Shown: piece after piece, positions 46,840 to 57,377 of the stretch | Layout: each line of letters starts with the position of its first letter | Position numbering within the stretch: position 1 is the first letter of the stretch | Source of the DNA: an uncultured virus (IMG/VR IMGVR_UViG_3300025131_000020) | Lineage: Duplodnaviria; Heunggongvirae; Uroviricota; Caudoviricetes | Virus record (IMG/VR): IMGVR_UViG_3300025131_000020 | Length of the DNA: 64,000 nt | Strand: one strand, 5' to 3' | Position numbers and translations under genes: made by a program | Notes under the pieces: generated by a model | What the model saw: the letters and a program-made list of their open reading frames with translations, nothing else | What the model was told of the DNA's origin: nothing | The model's database searches: none

Positions 46840-48873
46840 TCAGATATCCACTAGTGTGGCCACCTTGGCAGAAACATTATAATCAATACCTTCGCCAGCA
46901 TTAAAATAGTCATCCCTGATATCTCTAACATAAATATCAATCACTTTAGATTTCTGACTGTCAAGATTTATTATTGATAATTTATAAGCAGGATTGTCAT
47001 CACTTGTTGAAATAACATTAAGATCATTATCATCAGAATCTTTGACTGTTAGGTATTCTGGATCAAAGTATACACTTAGCTTATCAAAAGATGAAACCTT
47101 TATGGTATCAACAAATAAGTCATTATTTATGTATAAATTTGGATAGGGAAGAGGAGCCCCGGATCTTGACAGGTATTCAAAATCTATTCTTGACTTAAAT
47201 GTATCATATGTTACTCTAAATTGTTGAGAATAATTTGAACACATTCCCCTTGCGTCAACACTGCATATTGAATAAATAAAACTAGATCTAAAGTCAAAAT
47301 CCTTGTCAACGAATAAAAATGATGGTCCGCTTGTCACTTGAAATAGGGATGTAGAAAGTTTTGAAGAGTCACTTTCAACTAATGCATCAGGATCTGGTAT
47401 TTCATCTGTCTTTGTTAATGTTGTAGAGTCATTAAAGTAGTAATTCTTTAATAATTCATATGATGAGCTTAAATTAGATCTTCTAAAAATTCTAAATTCT
47501 TTAATGTCCCTCTGCTTGTTTACTGGGAGTGACCATGATATAACAAGACCCCCCTTTTCTCCATCATAGATAAATGATAGATCAGCTGGTGGGGGAGGAG
47601 GTATTCTCTCAATGCACACTGCTGTCGTAGTCTTGCTGGGCCTGGATGCAATAAGCATTCCAACAACAACAGTTTGATTTCTAGATTCATTTCCAGGATA
47701 GACATTTATAGCACTGAATTCAACATAGGCTACAGTTCTCACAGTGTATCTGTATCCCCGTCCGTACATAACATTTGGATCAATAGCATCTCCTGCGAGA
47801 GGGTTCTCTATAGCAATGGGCCCTAAGATAGTAACATTTCCATCTTCGTCAACCTCGTTTTTCTCAATTAGGTACCCGACAACCCTTGACCTATACTGAT
47901 CTCCGCTAGTATTGTCAGCAAGGTTTTGAGAAATCCTATAGTTTACAGGATTACCACTAATGTCATAGTCGCTATCACTAATTGCACCTGCAGATTCCTG
48001 CGATATTGCTGCTGATGAAATTCCACTCAATATATCCTTGACAGAAATTATCTCCTCAAAAAATGAGCTTCCTCCATCCTTAGACCACGCATTTCCGCAT
48101 CGAAGTGCCAATACATTACTTACAGACATTCCCATGTCAAATGTTGTAGATGTGTTAGAAAAGCTGTCACTAATAATAGACGTCCTTTCTTCAGACTGAT
48201 TGTTGAAGCTTAAATCACCCGTTGACTGATAACTTGCAAGTGCATTTCTTAGCAACTCTTTTGCAGAAGAGTCTAGGCCTGTTGACGAACCTACAGCGTC
48301 CAGGTAAGAATTCACAATGTCGAGATTTGAATCAGTCATTAGTGATGAGTCTGATGTGCTAGCAAATGTAAATGGAACTTCAGAAGTGTCTATTGCAACT
48401 TTTGCTGCGTCAGTAATCTTTGTCAATCCCTCAGCATCCTGTAGATTTATTCCACTATATTGATTGCTAGTTAGAACCTCCTCATAGAGAATATTTGAAA
48501 GATTTTCACCAATAACAACAGATCCCTCTGCAGAAGTATCTGTAACTATTTCATTTTGAACCTGTCCGTCGTCTAGTACTGATTCAAGCTCCATTGGATC
48601 CCAGGTAATTTTAACAAATCTGGGAAGATCCCAGTCTACTAATGCTTGTCTTCTAACTGACTCTGAAGCATCTGATGACAGCGTTGTAAATGCTTCAACA
48701 CTATCTCCAGATAGAGAAACATCTCTGTTTGTTGTCTCATCATTGACAAAATAGTTATATTGAAATTCAGAATCCACATTGTTTGGAATTGGAATATCAG
48801 ATTGATTAACTCCCTTGCTTGGAAGGGATGAATATCCGGTCTCAATTAAATCATCTAACGATGTTTCACTCAT
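46840..48873 (-). CDS. Acidic virion-type protein with FN3/Ig-like segments, 677 aa
   Basis: VVGYLIEK..YGRGYRYTVRTV..PPPPPADLSF..LVISWSLP..KEFRIFRR..FIYSICSVDARGMCSNYS. Confidence 0.55.
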   Translation of the reverse strand: MSETSLDDLIETGYSSLPSKGVNQSDIPIPNNVDSEFQYNYFVNDETTNRDVSLSGDSVEAFTTLSSDASESVRRQALVDWDLPRFVKITWDPMELESVLDDGQVQNEIVTDTSAEGSVVIGENLSNILYEEVLTSNQYSGINLQDAEGLTKITDAAKVAIDTSEVPFTFASTSDSSLMTDSNLDIVNSYLDAVGSSTGLDSSAKELLRNALASYQSTGDLSFNNQSEERTSIISDSFSNTSTTFDMGMSVSNVLALRCGNAWSKDGGSSFFEEIISVKDILSGISSAAISQESAGAISDSDYDISGNPVNYRISQNLADNTSGDQYRSRVVGYLIEKNEVDEDGNVTILGPIAIENPLAGDAIDPNVMYGRGYRYTVRTVAYVEFSAINVYPGNESRNQTVVVGMLIASRPSKTTTAVCIERIPPPPPADLSFIYDGEKGGLVISWSLPVNKQRDIKEFRIFRRSNLSSSYELLKNYYFNDSTTLTKTDEIPDPDALVESDSSKLSTSLFQVTSGPSFLFVDKDFDFRSSFIYSICSVDARGMCSNYSQQFRVTYDTFKSRIDFEYLSRSGAPLPYPNLYINNDLFVDTIKVSSFDKLSVYFDPEYLTVKDSDDNDLNVISTSDDNPAYKLSIINLDSQKSKVIDIYVRDIRDDYFNAGEGIDYNVSAKVATLVDI

Positions 48874-48887
48874 TGTTCATCTCACTT

Positions 48888-51800
48888 TTATCTAGTATAA
48901 AGTTCATCTTCATTCTTAAGAATTTCTACAGTTACAAAAAATGAAAATAATTCAGACTTATACTCTCCGATTCTCTGCTCAGAGGTTGCAATATCCTCAG
49001 CAGACTCGTCTGTATCTATGTCAAATCCATCGGGATCGACTAGGACACAAAATGTTCTCTCAAAAAGGCCTGGAAGATTTGCTTGATTATAGTATTTTTC
49101 AGGAGACATTATGAATGACTGCTTTAGTTTAGCTGCTATATTTGAAGATATAGAGGTCTCAAGATCAGCTCCCTCGTCTTCTATGATATCTGCAACAATT
49201 GACAGTATGTCTGATCTTGCCTGCTGGATATAGGTCTCAGAAATATACGGATCCTCCTCATTATAGTCAAAAAGAGATTGATTTGCATCTCTTTCCGAAA
49301 GAAATGCATAGTCGCTTGATCCCGTCCCTAATCCTGCTCCATCAGAGGTGGAAGAGTAATTGCATCCTCCTTCAAAAAGTGGAAATGCATCTTCAGTAAC
49401 GTCTATTCCTGCAACAACCTTAAGATACTCCTTTAAAACATAGTCTTGTGTATGATTTCTCTTTATCTCATCAGCAGAATCAGTAAATATATCACTTAAA
49501 GTATCTGTGATTGTGCAGTCATAATCATACTTGTAAAAAAGAAGATCGTCGTATAAATCAGAAATCTGGTTTGCAAAAAACTTGTCATCTGAAGCTTCGA
49601 CTGTGGCTCCCGTATATCCAACTCCTGGAAGATGTTCTGTATACGCTACCTGGTGGGCACCAAAGACACCATCAAGATTAATATCACCAAAAGCTGCAAG
49701 AGATGCAGGATAGCTCAAATTGCCATATTTTTTATTAATAGATTCAGAAACACCAGATGATTCCGGAATATTACTAGTAATCTTAGCTCCCCCACCTGCA
49801 TAAAATGCTCTTGTAGAGGGTCTAACTTGTGTATCAAATATAAAGCTTTTTGGCTTATAGACAACATCACCCCTGTCAAGATCTTTCTTATATACCTTGA
49901 TGTTAATAAGAGTGCTGTTTTCATAATTTTCACCAGTATCTGCGCCGCTGCTATCACTACCATGCCACTCAGTGTAGTTTGTCGCTTCATCTCTTAGCCT
50001 TGTTGTAAGGCCAACTGGAAGACCAACTGTCAAAATCTTCATCCTGTCTTCATCAGGATCTCCTACAGCAAGAATTGGATCCTGCTTTGACTTACCTGAG
50101 CGATCAGATGTTGATTGGCTTCTACCGGGAGCAGTTAGAAATCTAAGTGCAGGAAGAATTCTCTTACTAAGAATGTTTGCAGGAACAATTTCAGATGCAG
50201 GAATTAAAAGATCTATTGAGCTTGCCTGAACACCATCAGCACTTATGTCTGAATCGAAAAATCCTGCATCACTAATGTTCATCTTTGAATATTTATTAAG
50301 AGACATATTTCCCATCATTTCATAGAACATACATGTACTAAATACTGCAGAAAGTGCATCCTCTTGTGAAAGTGAAGAGATTTCAGAATTACTTACTGCA
50401 TTAGCTGCTGATAGGTCTGCGTATTTAAAGAATTCAGACAGCGTGTCTAGCTCTGTGCTTTCAAATGATTCAGATATGTCGTTACTTGAATTTAGAAGCT
50501 TGCTTCCTATTTGATGAAGAGCTTCTGTTAGGGTTTCGCATCTTGTATACTCTTTTATAAGATAGCTATGAATGTCTCTAATGTCCTCCTCTATAGATGC
50601 ATCATACTGATCTCCAAACACTGAATTCAGAGAAGAATTTAATCTAGATATTGCACCCTCATATCCTGTCATTCCTTCAGACTCATATATTCCTTTTCCG
50701 AGATACTTTGTCATTGCTAGACAGATCTGAGAAGATCTTGCAAGGTCAAGGTTGAATTTAACATCAACTGTAAGGTCGACTGTTGCATTTACATCTAGTG
50801 TTGATACACTTCTTGCTGATTTTCCTTTTTCAGCATTTAATTCCTCAATAGACTGAAGCGTCATCTCTCCCTCAGCGACAGATGTAACTTGATAATTATC
50901 CGTGGTGACCTCTACCTGGAACGGCATTTGGTTAGAGCTCTTTGTAACATCCATTGATCTAAGTATATCAATTATAATATACGTCATAGCCCTACGTCTA
51001 AGATTGTCACTATAACCCCTAAAGTCTGTGACTATTCCAGATTCACTAACCAGATCAGCTATTGATGCAAGTTCATCTTCCTCTGAAGAAGATGCAATAG
51101 TTGTGGTCCCAGAAACTGCACGATTGAGCCTTAGGATGTCATTAGTTGTTAAGCTTACTCCCTCAATATCTTTCTCAACAAAGTCTTCATAAAGCTGGTC
51201 AAGAGATGCTTGTGGAAGGTCAAATATGCAATTTTCACTTGGAGATGTCAAAAGAGCAAGTCCGACTGGAGTCTTCATGATTCCTACATCATCATCAGGA
51301 TTGTTAAATAAATAATAGTCTGTATTTCCGGCGTCGATAGAAGTTTCAATCGAAATTGTTCTTTTTGCTCCATACTCTCTAGTTACTGATGCACTATCAG
51401 CACCCCATCGATCAAATCCTCCAACACCAGATACAGATGTCGATGTTGTTATTTCAAATATTTTTGAAGCAAGTGCTTGTGCTGTAGCATAGTATTCTGA
51501 ATATGATTCCTGCAACATTCCTATAAACTCATTCTGAGAGGTTGTTGTCTCACCCTGCCCAGTACTAAATTCCATAGAAGAAAGATCTGAAGACGGAATG
51601 TCTTCCATCTTTTTCACAAGTCGACGAATATCTAGAAATACAGTTAAAAGATGAGCAACTTCAGGATCAGATGCTGCAAGAACAAATATTGCAAGTCGTA
51701 AAAATTCAAGATCATCGCTAGCAGAGGGAAGTTCAATATTACTCCCTGTATCATTAAGGAACGTGTAGAGGTCACCAGAAATTGCACCCTGAATGGTATC

Positions 51801-53456
51801 ATTATCGTGAATAAAGCCATTTGCCTCCATGTATGATGATAGATTATCGGTAATAGCCCTGAACACGTTGTTAGATGCACCAGCACCTCCAATTAGTGTA
51901 GGTATGAGCTCTGATATAGTTTCTGATTTTTGATAAAAGTCTTCACAAAATGTCACCCAGTTAAAGTCAAATTGTGATGCAGCCATTGCCTCATTGGCAA
52001 GAATCCAAGAATTTATCTCACCGACGAAATCACCTGCAAATGCCCCAAATCCTGAAATGGCATTTCCGAACGAGCTATCGATTGAAAATTTTTCAAATGT
52101 TAAGATCTTTTCTGTATTACCTGATGAATCTGTTTCTGGATTGATTAAAGATGCAATTGACTCAATTCCCGGAGAGCTTTCAAATAGTGATCCCCCTATG
52201 TTTCCAACTGTATTGTCTATTATGTGCTCAACACTCGGGTTTGATCCAAAGGTACTTTCACTTACGCTCTTTGCCAGGTCTAAAACAGCATCTGTTCTTT
52301 TTAAAAAGGACATACTAATGTCTCTTGATAGAATTTGACTAATTATTACAATTCTATCGGTAAATGATAGATCATCTAAAGAGTCTAAAAATAGTGCATA
52401 GTCTTCAAATGATAGAGTAGATATATCAGACACTGAAAGTGAAGACGAATCACTATTAAGTGAATCTAGTCCTGAAATTACAGATGCAAACTTTCCGCTT
52501 GGCCCGTCGTCTATCACTGTGTATGGAGAAAATCCAGATGAACTAGTATCCCTGTCAACATCTAGATCTCTTATGCTCGATCCATAGACAACACACTTTC
52601 TAATATCTTGAATAACTTGGGCAATTAATTTTGAATTTGATGAATTTTTAAACTCATCCTCAGAAAACACAAGCTCACCAGTAAAAAGCTCATACATGTT
52701 ATCTACACTCATTATTCTTCTTGGATTAAATCCATGAAAATTAAAAAAAGACTCTGGGAGGCCTGAGGACTCAACAGCTGGACTGACCATGCTAAGGCCC
52801 ATTGTTGATGGAGATGACATTGCTGATCTAATTTCTTGAAATATTTCAAAGAGGAGGTTCCGGGCTTGACTTCTTTCAGAATTAAGAATATCATTTCTAA
52901 CAAAATGGCTGTACGCTGCAACACTTGCAAAAGAATCTAGTAGATCAGAATGACTATCTACACTTATATTTGAAAGTCTTGATATTGAAGATTCTACCTC
53001 CCCATTTTCATTCTTCAATATCTTTACAAGAATATTTCTAGCTGCCTCTCTAGTGAGACTATCAAGCAAAACATTTTGGTATATTGTATTATAGATTCCC
53101 TCATTACATAAATCAGTGGATTCTTCGATAGATGTCACTGGATCAATTGTTAGATCTTTAAATAGAGGAATATAGTCAATTGAGGCTATTAGCTCAGGAG
53201 CTGCTGTTGAAAGTCCCACGACAGCTGCTGGATTTGTTAGGTCTGTAAATACACTTTCTGTCTCATCGACAAAGTCAACGCTTCCCTCTACATCAGAAAC
53301 ATCATTTTGAATAGGAAGGCCTGGTGTTGTACTTACATCATCGATAGTATTTGCAGTTGTTACAGTGAACAGGGATCCGGCAGTTGCAGACTTTGATGAA
53401 GGCGATGACTGAAGGCTGAATCCAGATGATTTTTCTACTATTTTTGTTGTTCCCAT
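48888..53456 (-). CDS. Very large acidic Ser/Asp-rich hypothetical protein, 1522 aa
   Basis: Uninterrupted ORF within the tail/baseplate cluster; no family recognised. Confidence 0.7.
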   Translation of the reverse strand: MGTTKIVEKSSGFSLQSSPSSKSATAGSLFTVTTANTIDDVSTTPGLPIQNDVSDVEGSVDFVDETESVFTDLTNPAAVVGLSTAAPELIASIDYIPLFKDLTIDPVTSIEESTDLCNEGIYNTIYQNVLLDSLTREAARNILVKILKNENGEVESSISRLSNISVDSHSDLLDSFASVAAYSHFVRNDILNSERSQARNLLFEIFQEIRSAMSSPSTMGLSMVSPAVESSGLPESFFNFHGFNPRRIMSVDNMYELFTGELVFSEDEFKNSSNSKLIAQVIQDIRKCVVYGSSIRDLDVDRDTSSSGFSPYTVIDDGPSGKFASVISGLDSLNSDSSSLSVSDISTLSFEDYALFLDSLDDLSFTDRIVIISQILSRDISMSFLKRTDAVLDLAKSVSESTFGSNPSVEHIIDNTVGNIGGSLFESSPGIESIASLINPETDSSGNTEKILTFEKFSIDSSFGNAISGFGAFAGDFVGEINSWILANEAMAASQFDFNWVTFCEDFYQKSETISELIPTLIGGAGASNNVFRAITDNLSSYMEANGFIHDNDTIQGAISGDLYTFLNDTGSNIELPSASDDLEFLRLAIFVLAASDPEVAHLLTVFLDIRRLVKKMEDIPSSDLSSMEFSTGQGETTTSQNEFIGMLQESYSEYYATAQALASKIFEITTSTSVSGVGGFDRWGADSASVTREYGAKRTISIETSIDAGNTDYYLFNNPDDDVGIMKTPVGLALLTSPSENCIFDLPQASLDQLYEDFVEKDIEGVSLTTNDILRLNRAVSGTTTIASSSEEDELASIADLVSESGIVTDFRGYSDNLRRRAMTYIIIDILRSMDVTKSSNQMPFQVEVTTDNYQVTSVAEGEMTLQSIEELNAEKGKSARSVSTLDVNATVDLTVDVKFNLDLARSSQICLAMTKYLGKGIYESEGMTGYEGAISRLNSSLNSVFGDQYDASIEEDIRDIHSYLIKEYTRCETLTEALHQIGSKLLNSSNDISESFESTELDTLSEFFKYADLSAANAVSNSEISSLSQEDALSAVFSTCMFYEMMGNMSLNKYSKMNISDAGFFDSDISADGVQASSIDLLIPASEIVPANILSKRILPALRFLTAPGRSQSTSDRSGKSKQDPILAVGDPDEDRMKILTVGLPVGLTTRLRDEATNYTEWHGSDSSGADTGENYENSTLINIKVYKKDLDRGDVVYKPKSFIFDTQVRPSTRAFYAGGGAKITSNIPESSGVSESINKKYGNLSYPASLAAFGDINLDGVFGAHQVAYTEHLPGVGYTGATVEASDDKFFANQISDLYDDLLFYKYDYDCTITDTLSDIFTDSADEIKRNHTQDYVLKEYLKVVAGIDVTEDAFPLFEGGCNYSSTSDGAGLGTGSSDYAFLSERDANQSLFDYNEEDPYISETYIQQARSDILSIVADIIEDEGADLETSISSNIAAKLKQSFIMSPEKYYNQANLPGLFERTFCVLVDPDGFDIDTDESAEDIATSEQRIGEYKSELFSFFVTVEILKNEDELYTR

Positions 53457-53459
53457 TTT

Positions 53460-56402
53460 CTATGCATCTCCGGGTATTGTTATGCTTCCAATATTTCTTT
53501 CTAAGCCCTTTGTAAAGTTAGATAAGATCGGAACTATGCTGTACTTAACATTTCCAGGGATGTCTTTTTGTGTAGTGTCAATGTATAGAAACCCACCCCT
53601 TTCTGATTGTGAGTGATGTGTCCCTATTGGTATTGTCATTCCCATTCTTGTTGCAAGGATGACAAAGTGGTCAATGTTTTCTATATTGCTCTTAACAGAC
53701 CACCTAATGATACTTTCGTTTGATTTATTGAGACGAACTACGCTGGGTGTTATTCTCACATCATGAGACGGTATTGAAACTCTTACTGTTTTAACAACTC
53801 CTATTCTTCCTAGCTCAAATGAGTCTCCTGAATGATTTGAAGATAATGCCATTCCGTAGGAAAGTGTTCCCTCTCTAATTGCAAGAGGTGCTGTAAATTT
53901 TTCTGGAAAATTAACGGGTATTGGTGATGCTGTTGCTGACGTAGAATTTTCAGATGATCTTTCAGCATACACAGAGGGGAGAGTAGACACCATTCTTCTA
54001 TTTCTTGCAGATTGTGATGTACTTATTTCAGATAGAACACCATTTGGTGTTCTTATAAGAACTTCAAATTCATAAATATATTCTGATCCAGCTATGGGTG
54101 ACGGAATTCCCCTAGAAGAGTCACCAGTATCTATCATCTGTCCGGCACTCATAGTTCCTAAATTATACTTAGCACCTGTCTTGACATCAAATCTAGTAAC
54201 AGAAAATAATGAAATTGTATCAAATTGTTGCTTAATGGATTGTATTTCATCACTATAGAGGTCTGATAGGCCGAGCTCATCAAATATATCCCTAATCTTG
54301 TCTATGCTAGATTCTGGTATCTCTATAGAATTATTTAGAGTAATATTATACTCTCCTTTCTTTTTTGATCTTTTCACAATGGGTGCAAGTGAATTTACCT
54401 TAATTGAATCAACTATCGATCTTCGAATAATTATCGTACTATTGTCAGAATGTTTCTCTGTTCCGTTTTTAAAAATCATCATACACTTATACTCATATGA
54501 GTGACCATCGAAAATATCTGTATCTAATAGCTGAACAACTCTTTTTGTCACATTTGTCATATTTACACCCCTTGGCATCAATGGCTTAAATTTTCTATCT
54601 CCAAGAGTAATATTCTTTTTAAGAAAGTATATTGAAACAGGAGTTCCTGTAATCCCCTTTACTTCAATTAGAATTCCAGATGCCATGTTTTCAGAAGTTA
54701 TTGACATACCTCCGAGATTATTTTCTAATAATTCACTTCCAGATCTTGCTGTCGGTCTAACTACTGTATCCTTAAATTTTCCTAGAATTCCACCCTTAGA
54801 GACAGATATTGCCCTAAGCATAAAAGCTTCTCCTGGAGAAGATAAAATTGACGTAAGAAATGAATCAGATGAATTAGAAACATTTATTTCTTGAATCTTT
54901 TCATATACAGAGCCCTGAGAAAATGTGAACTTATCTATTGTCTTTTTAAATAGAATGATTTTGTCTGTACTTTTGTCCATCTTTGACACTGATAGATGAG
55001 TAACTGAATCTTCAGATTGAGAAAGACTTACTTCTGGAGAATTCTTAACTGAATAAAGATTCTCTAAATTATCCTTATGATTGATTGTAGACGTAAATGT
55101 CTCAACAATTCTCCCCTTTTCACCCAAGAGGTCTATTACTAAAATTATTTCTTCAGAATCTAAAATTTTTAACTGAGAAACTTCAAGATTGCATCTGAAT
55201 GTTGATTTTTCTGTAGTCGTCTGGAACGGGACTGTTACTAGAGATTCTCTGTCTAAATCAGAAAGTTTTTCCGGAGATGATGATGGTAATCTTAAAAGAT
55301 TTCGCCTTAGAGAATTTGATACTTGGTCAAGATCATCATTTTTTAAATTTGACTCTTTGCTTGATGACAATCCTTCCCTATTATCTGAAGCTGAATTAAT
55401 AAACTCTGCAACTCTTACCGGAATTAATTCAGATGGCGACAGTCCAAACCTTGTTATTGCTGACCAGCATGCTGATTGGATATTTAATTCTAAGGATGAT
55501 GGGAGACTTGATCTTTTTTCTGATCTTTCTATATCACCAAGAAGTGTGTCTTGTGAGGATGTTCTATTAATGTTTGACTTACCAGAAGTCTGAACAACAT
55601 TTCCACTACTATCTCTCTCATAGCATATATCTGATGTTCCTACATTGGTCTGTAGGCTTTTTGAAGTCCTTTGAATTAAGAAGGTGTCTAAGATGGGAGA
55701 GTCACTCTTGGCATTTTTTGATGATGTATTTTTATTTTTTTCCTGTGAAAACTTTACCCCTCCATCAAAAAATATATCAGAGACTCGGCTTCTTTTTGAT
55801 ATTGAATCTCCAGTTCCAGACTTAATAGATGCTAGCATCTTTGATCTAAGAAGAGCTTTTTTGGACTCTGCACTAATAGTGTTATCAAAAGAAATAATAA
55901 CACTATTGATTTCATTCTTGATTTCTTCTTCCTTATTATCTCTTATTGAGTCTTTTAGCTGCATATGACTCTTTAATATTGATTTAGAAATAGACCTATT
56001 TTTTTCAAAATTAATATTTTTCATATTTCCAGACGAATACCCGTCGGAAAAAGATTCATTAGTAACTCCTGTCTCACCAACTGACATAGATGCCTCTGAA
56101 AGAGAAGAGAAACTTTTAGACTCTCTTGTGGCTATCGGGCTTAAGTCTCCGCTTGCTATTTTTTGAAAATCATTTGTAGGTGATGCTGTAGCTTTAGGAA
56201 ATAGCGAAAACTTTAACATAGTAACATCATTATTTAAAAGATCATTTGTCAAAGCATCTATTGATATCGCATAGTTAAACACGACATTTCCAGCTGAAGC
56301 TTTGATAAAGCTTTCTATTTTTGTTGCTAGCGTATCTTTAATAAGACTTGAAATAACTGGTAGGCTTACTTTCAATTTGTGTCTCCTATTCTTGATCTTC
56401 AA
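53460..56402 (-). CDS. Large Ser/Lys-rich hypothetical protein with possible Ig/FN3-like C-terminal segments, 980 aa
   Basis: Uninterrupted ORF; DGHSYEYKC, GSEYIYEFEV, IIRWSV..VKYSIVP. Confidence 0.65.
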   Translation of the reverse strand: MKIKNRRHKLKVSLPVISSLIKDTLATKIESFIKASAGNVVFNYAISIDALTNDLLNNDVTMLKFSLFPKATASPTNDFQKIASGDLSPIATRESKSFSSLSEASMSVGETGVTNESFSDGYSSGNMKNINFEKNRSISKSILKSHMQLKDSIRDNKEEEIKNEINSVIISFDNTISAESKKALLRSKMLASIKSGTGDSISKRSRVSDIFFDGGVKFSQEKNKNTSSKNAKSDSPILDTFLIQRTSKSLQTNVGTSDICYERDSSGNVVQTSGKSNINRTSSQDTLLGDIERSEKRSSLPSSLELNIQSACWSAITRFGLSPSELIPVRVAEFINSASDNREGLSSSKESNLKNDDLDQVSNSLRRNLLRLPSSSPEKLSDLDRESLVTVPFQTTTEKSTFRCNLEVSQLKILDSEEIILVIDLLGEKGRIVETFTSTINHKDNLENLYSVKNSPEVSLSQSEDSVTHLSVSKMDKSTDKIILFKKTIDKFTFSQGSVYEKIQEINVSNSSDSFLTSILSSPGEAFMLRAISVSKGGILGKFKDTVVRPTARSGSELLENNLGGMSITSENMASGILIEVKGITGTPVSIYFLKKNITLGDRKFKPLMPRGVNMTNVTKRVVQLLDTDIFDGHSYEYKCMMIFKNGTEKHSDNSTIIIRRSIVDSIKVNSLAPIVKRSKKKGEYNITLNNSIEIPESSIDKIRDIFDELGLSDLYSDEIQSIKQQFDTISLFSVTRFDVKTGAKYNLGTMSAGQMIDTGDSSRGIPSPIAGSEYIYEFEVLIRTPNGVLSEISTSQSARNRRMVSTLPSVYAERSSENSTSATASPIPVNFPEKFTAPLAIREGTLSYGMALSSNHSGDSFELGRIGVVKTVRVSIPSHDVRITPSVVRLNKSNESIIRWSVKSNIENIDHFVILATRMGMTIPIGTHHSQSERGGFLYIDTTQKDIPGNVKYSIVPILSNFTKGLERNIGSITIPGDA

Positions 56403-57357
56403 AGACTAGTGTGAATAAATTAACAAACGTAGGCTGTCCGACATTATCTATAAATATCTTTCCAGCAAAAAATACATGCTTCATTATGCCTCCATCAAGA
56501 ATAAACATTCCGAAGTCTATAATATCAAGCTTTTTAAGACGGGTATCAATAGTTCCACCAGTTTCAAAAAATTGACACATTAAGTTAGATGCCTTGCTAG
56601 TTTTAGTAAAGTTTACCTGGCTGTACTGCGGCGTTGATTCATCACTTGGGTATCCAGGCCATACTTTTTCTAAAATTTCATCAAATGTCGTGACTCTTGA
56701 TTGATTAAGGTCTGTATATGATCCAAACTCTTTTGATTCTCCAGTGGGTGATTTGTCAGCTGTAATAATGGGTGGAAGAAATTTAAAATTCTGAACGTGA
56801 CCGAGACGATAATCCATAAACAAGGGCTCTATGTTGTCTAGACTAATTACTGCACCGTCTGGATCATCAAATGGTGAATTATTTGCAAGACTAAAGTCAA
56901 TAAAGTCAACATCTGTTGTAAATTCGTTATCTTCAAGAAATGTCTTAGATCCAATAGTTTGAAGATTTTTAAAATTATCAATAGAGGATGATAAAACTCC
57001 ATCAACAAGGCTAGAAAAAATAGATCCACTTATAATGGGATCTAGCCTTCTATTGTCAGATCCCTGATATAAGATTCCATCCTCTCCAACTTCAAAATCA
57101 CCCCCATTAAATGTCACAAGATTTCCAGAGTCATCTGTCTCAAATGTAATCTGATCTATTGGTAGGCTAGTTGCTTCAAAAAATATTCTCTTTGATGCAT
57201 CATCAGAGCCGCTTGCAATATCACCTTGATAAAAAGTATGGCTATCAGTAAATGTTGCAAACTCAATTCGCATCTTTCCTGATGTCATTTGTCGCTTGCC
57301 CTCTTCCGTGACAACGACGTCCATGATTCTAATTTTATTGTCTAATATTCCAGCCAC
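56386..57357 (-). CDS. Virion tail/baseplate protein, 323 aa, N-terminal paralogue of 46075-46779
   Basis: MAGILDNKIRIMDVVVTEEGKRQM..IEFATFTD; GAGAGG SD and ATAATTA motif (57381-57375). Confidence 0.6.
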   Translation of the reverse strand: MAGILDNKIRIMDVVVTEEGKRQMTSGKMRIEFATFTDSHTFYQGDIASGSDDASKRIFFEATSLPIDQITFETDDSGNLVTFNGGDFEVGEDGILYQGSDNRRLDPIISGSIFSSLVDGVLSSSIDNFKNLQTIGSKTFLEDNEFTTDVDFIDFSLANNSPFDDPDGAVISLDNIEPLFMDYRLGHVQNFKFLPPIITADKSPTGESKEFGSYTDLNQSRVTTFDEILEKVWPGYPSDESTPQYSQVNFTKTSKASNLMCQFFETGGTIDTRLKKLDIIDFGMFILDGGIMKHVFFAGKIFIDNVGQPTFVNLFTLVFEDQE

Positions 57358-57377
57358 GAAAAACCTCTCACAAATAA

